Assembly (NCBI RefSeq): GCF_001306055.1
Contig: NZ_LGHJ01000010.1
Location: 60,001-92,000, forward strand
Direction of reading: 5' to 3'
Origin: Bellilinea caldifistulae
GTDB lineage: Bacteria > Chloroflexota > Anaerolineae > Anaerolineales > Anaerolineaceae
Length of the DNA: 32,000 nucleotides
How positions within the stretch are numbered: position 1 is the stretch's first letter; every line of letters starts with the position of its first letter. Below the pieces are notes generated by a model that saw only the letters and a list, made by a program, of their open reading frames with translations, had not been told where the DNA came from and did no database searches. Below, in pieces: positions 30,660 to 32,000 of the stretch. A program made the position numbers and the translations under genes.

Positions 30660-31700
30660 ATGGAAAAAATCATTGATTTGCGCTCCGACACTGTCACTCA
30701 CCCAACCCCGGCAATGCGCGAGGCAATGGCACGCGCGGAAGTGGGCGACGATGTGTATGGTGAAGATCCGACGGTCAACCGGCTGGAAGAAATGGCAGCC
30801 GAACGAATGGGCAAGGAAACCGGCTTGTTTGTTGCTTCGGGTACGATGGGAAATTTGATTGCAGTACTGGTACACTGTCAGCGCGGTGAAGAAGCCATTA
30901 TGGGGCATTTGGGACATACCTTCCTTTTTGAGGCAGGTGGGGTTTCGGCATTGGGGGGAGTTTTTGTGAATACCCTGCCTAACCAACCGGATGGCAGCAT
31001 TGCCCTGAGCGATCTGGAAAACGCCATCCGTGGTGCCGATATTCATCAACCGATCAGCCGGTTAATCATTCTGGAGAACACCCATAATCGTTGCGGGGGG
31101 ACGGTGCTGGATGGGGAATATACCCGTCGGGTGGGGGAATTAGCCCACCGCCATGGGTTGAAACTCCACCTGGACGGGGCACGCATTTTCAATGCAGCGG
31201 CGGCTCTGCATGTGCCGCCCAGCGAGTTGAGCGATGCGGCCGACTCAGTCACCTTTTGCCTGAGCAAAGGGCTTTGCGCCCCGGTTGGGTCGGTATTGTG
31301 CGGTTCGAGGGACTTTATTGCCAGAGCGCGCCGGGTTCGGAAGATGCTGGGCGGCGGCATGAGACAAGCGGGTGTGCTGGCGGCTGCCGGCATTGTAGCG
31401 CTCGAACAGATGACCGCGCGCTTGGAGGAGGATCACCGCCGAGCGCGCCGACTGGCCGAAGGATTGTTCCAAATACCGGGCTTACAGCCCGCTTTTGGGA
31501 TGCCCCAAACCAACATGGTGTTTGTTTCCCTGCGGGAGGAGATTGCCAAAACCGCAAAAGAGGTTGCTGAAGAACTATCCCAACGGGGAATCCGGGTTGG
31601 AGTGACTGCTTCCAAAACTTTTCGGCTGGTTTTACACTACTGGATCAGCGATGAGGATGTTGAAGAGACCATTGCAGCGTTTCGGGCAGTGTTGAGTTAA
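30660..31700 (+). CDS. ltaE: Low-specificity L-threonine aldolase (PLP-dependent)
   Basis: I trimmed the start to ATG 30660 (MEKIIDLRSDTVTHPTPAMREAM). It also has GDDVYGEDPTVNRLE and the PLP-lysine region FCLSKGLCAPVGS. Confidence 0.88.
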   Translation: MEKIIDLRSDTVTHPTPAMREAMARAEVGDDVYGEDPTVNRLEEMAAERMGKETGLFVASGTMGNLIAVLVHCQRGEEAIMGHLGHTFLFEAGGVSALGGVFVNTLPNQPDGSIALSDLENAIRGADIHQPISRLIILENTHNRCGGTVLDGEYTRRVGELAHRHGLKLHLDGARIFNAAAALHVPPSELSDAADSVTFCLSKGLCAPVGSVLCGSRDFIARARRVRKMLGGGMRQAGVLAAAGIVALEQMTARLEEDHRRARRLAEGLFQIPGLQPAFGMPQTNMVFVSLREEIAKTAKEVAEELSQRGIRVGVTASKTFRLVLHYWISDEDVEETIAAFRAVLS

Positions 31701-32000
31701 TTTTTTGAAACTAAAGAATCGTTGACCGTTGTGTGGGCTTGAATCTGATTGCGGCCCCGTTCTTTCGCAACATAAAGACGCTGATCGGCAATGTCAATCA
31801 ATTTTTCCAGCACGGTAGTATCCCTGGGAAGGCAGGCAATTCCCTGACTGATGGTGGGAGCCGGGATAACTTTCTTGTCCCGGTCTAAAATGATAATTTT
31901 TTGACAGGCGGCACGGATGCGTTCTGCCACCAGATAAGCCTGTTCGGGTTGGGTGTCTGGTAAAGCAATGATAAACTCTTCACCGCCCCAGCGCCCCACC
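31697..32000 (-). CDS. GGDEF diguanylate cyclase domain protein, C-terminal fragment (gene continues past window end)
   Basis: GGEEF active-site motif (RWGGEEFIIALP) followed by DIADQRLYVAKERGRNQ. The frame is open to the window edge. Confidence 0.8.
   Translation of the reverse strand, partial: VGRWGGEEFIIALPDTQPEQAYLVAERIRAACQKIIILDRDKKVIPAPTISQGIACLPRDTTVLEKLIDIADQRLYVAKERGRNQIQAHTTVNDSLVSKN

Noticed and set aside
1-32000. CRISPR arrays, IS elements, prophage or known defence or toxin-antitoxin modules
   Set aside because: I looked for regularly spaced direct repeats, for transposase/integrase/recombinase-like ORFs, and for small paired ORFs. None were found. Every ORF longer than 150 aa is accounted for by housekeeping, transport or respiration families.

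Overview
The window reads as an ordinary chromosomal segment of a moderately GC-rich bacterium. The gene content hints at a Chloroflexota/Anaerolineae-like organism (PT-rich linkers, an A2-type caa3 oxidase, a CtaA-CtaB fusion), but that is a low-confidence inference. I saw no CRISPR array, transposase, integrase, phage gene or recognisable defence gene. Coding density is high, and many gene junctions are ATGA/GTGA overlaps.

Layout from left to right:
- An ABC-2 exporter pair (1-1077, -).
- A BMP/nucleoside-type ABC importer with no binding-protein gene (1245-5389, -).
- tRNA-Lys(UUU), with its own promoter, a structured trailer and a terminator (5508-5764, +).
- A two-gene minimal SUF-like Fe-S machinery (SufC/SufB-like) followed by two translationally coupled YlbF/YmcA-like genes (5998-8646, -).
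- A divergent control region with twin 20-bp palindromes, plus small Cys-rich ORFs (8750-9201).
- A secreted CAP-LysMx3 protein.
- An AT-rich module of a CN-hydrolase and an ABC-2 exporter (10871-13388, -).
- A large aerobic-respiration block (13759-24737, +): a lipoprotein cytochrome c, a GAF/HisKA_3 histidine kinase, a NarL-type response regulator, caa3 oxidase subunits II-I-IV-III, SCO1, an uncharacterised membrane protein, SURF1 and fused CtaA-CtaB.
- A DUF3311-like gene with a sodium:solute symporter.
- A pentaheme lipoprotein cytochrome, then rsfS, thpR, lspA, rluD, ltaE and a truncated GGDEF gene.

The most unusual thing I can support is a degenerate receiver (pseudo-REC) domain encoded in frame with, and N-terminal to, cytochrome c oxidase subunit II. 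It sits directly behind the two-component pair. Secondary candidates:
- the SufCB + YlbF-pair + twin-operator + Cys-micro-ORF neighbourhood;
- an orphan membrane protein embedded in the oxidase biogenesis genes;
- a pentaheme cytochrome with a long heme-free C-terminal region.

All family calls come from motif recognition by eye. No database search was run.
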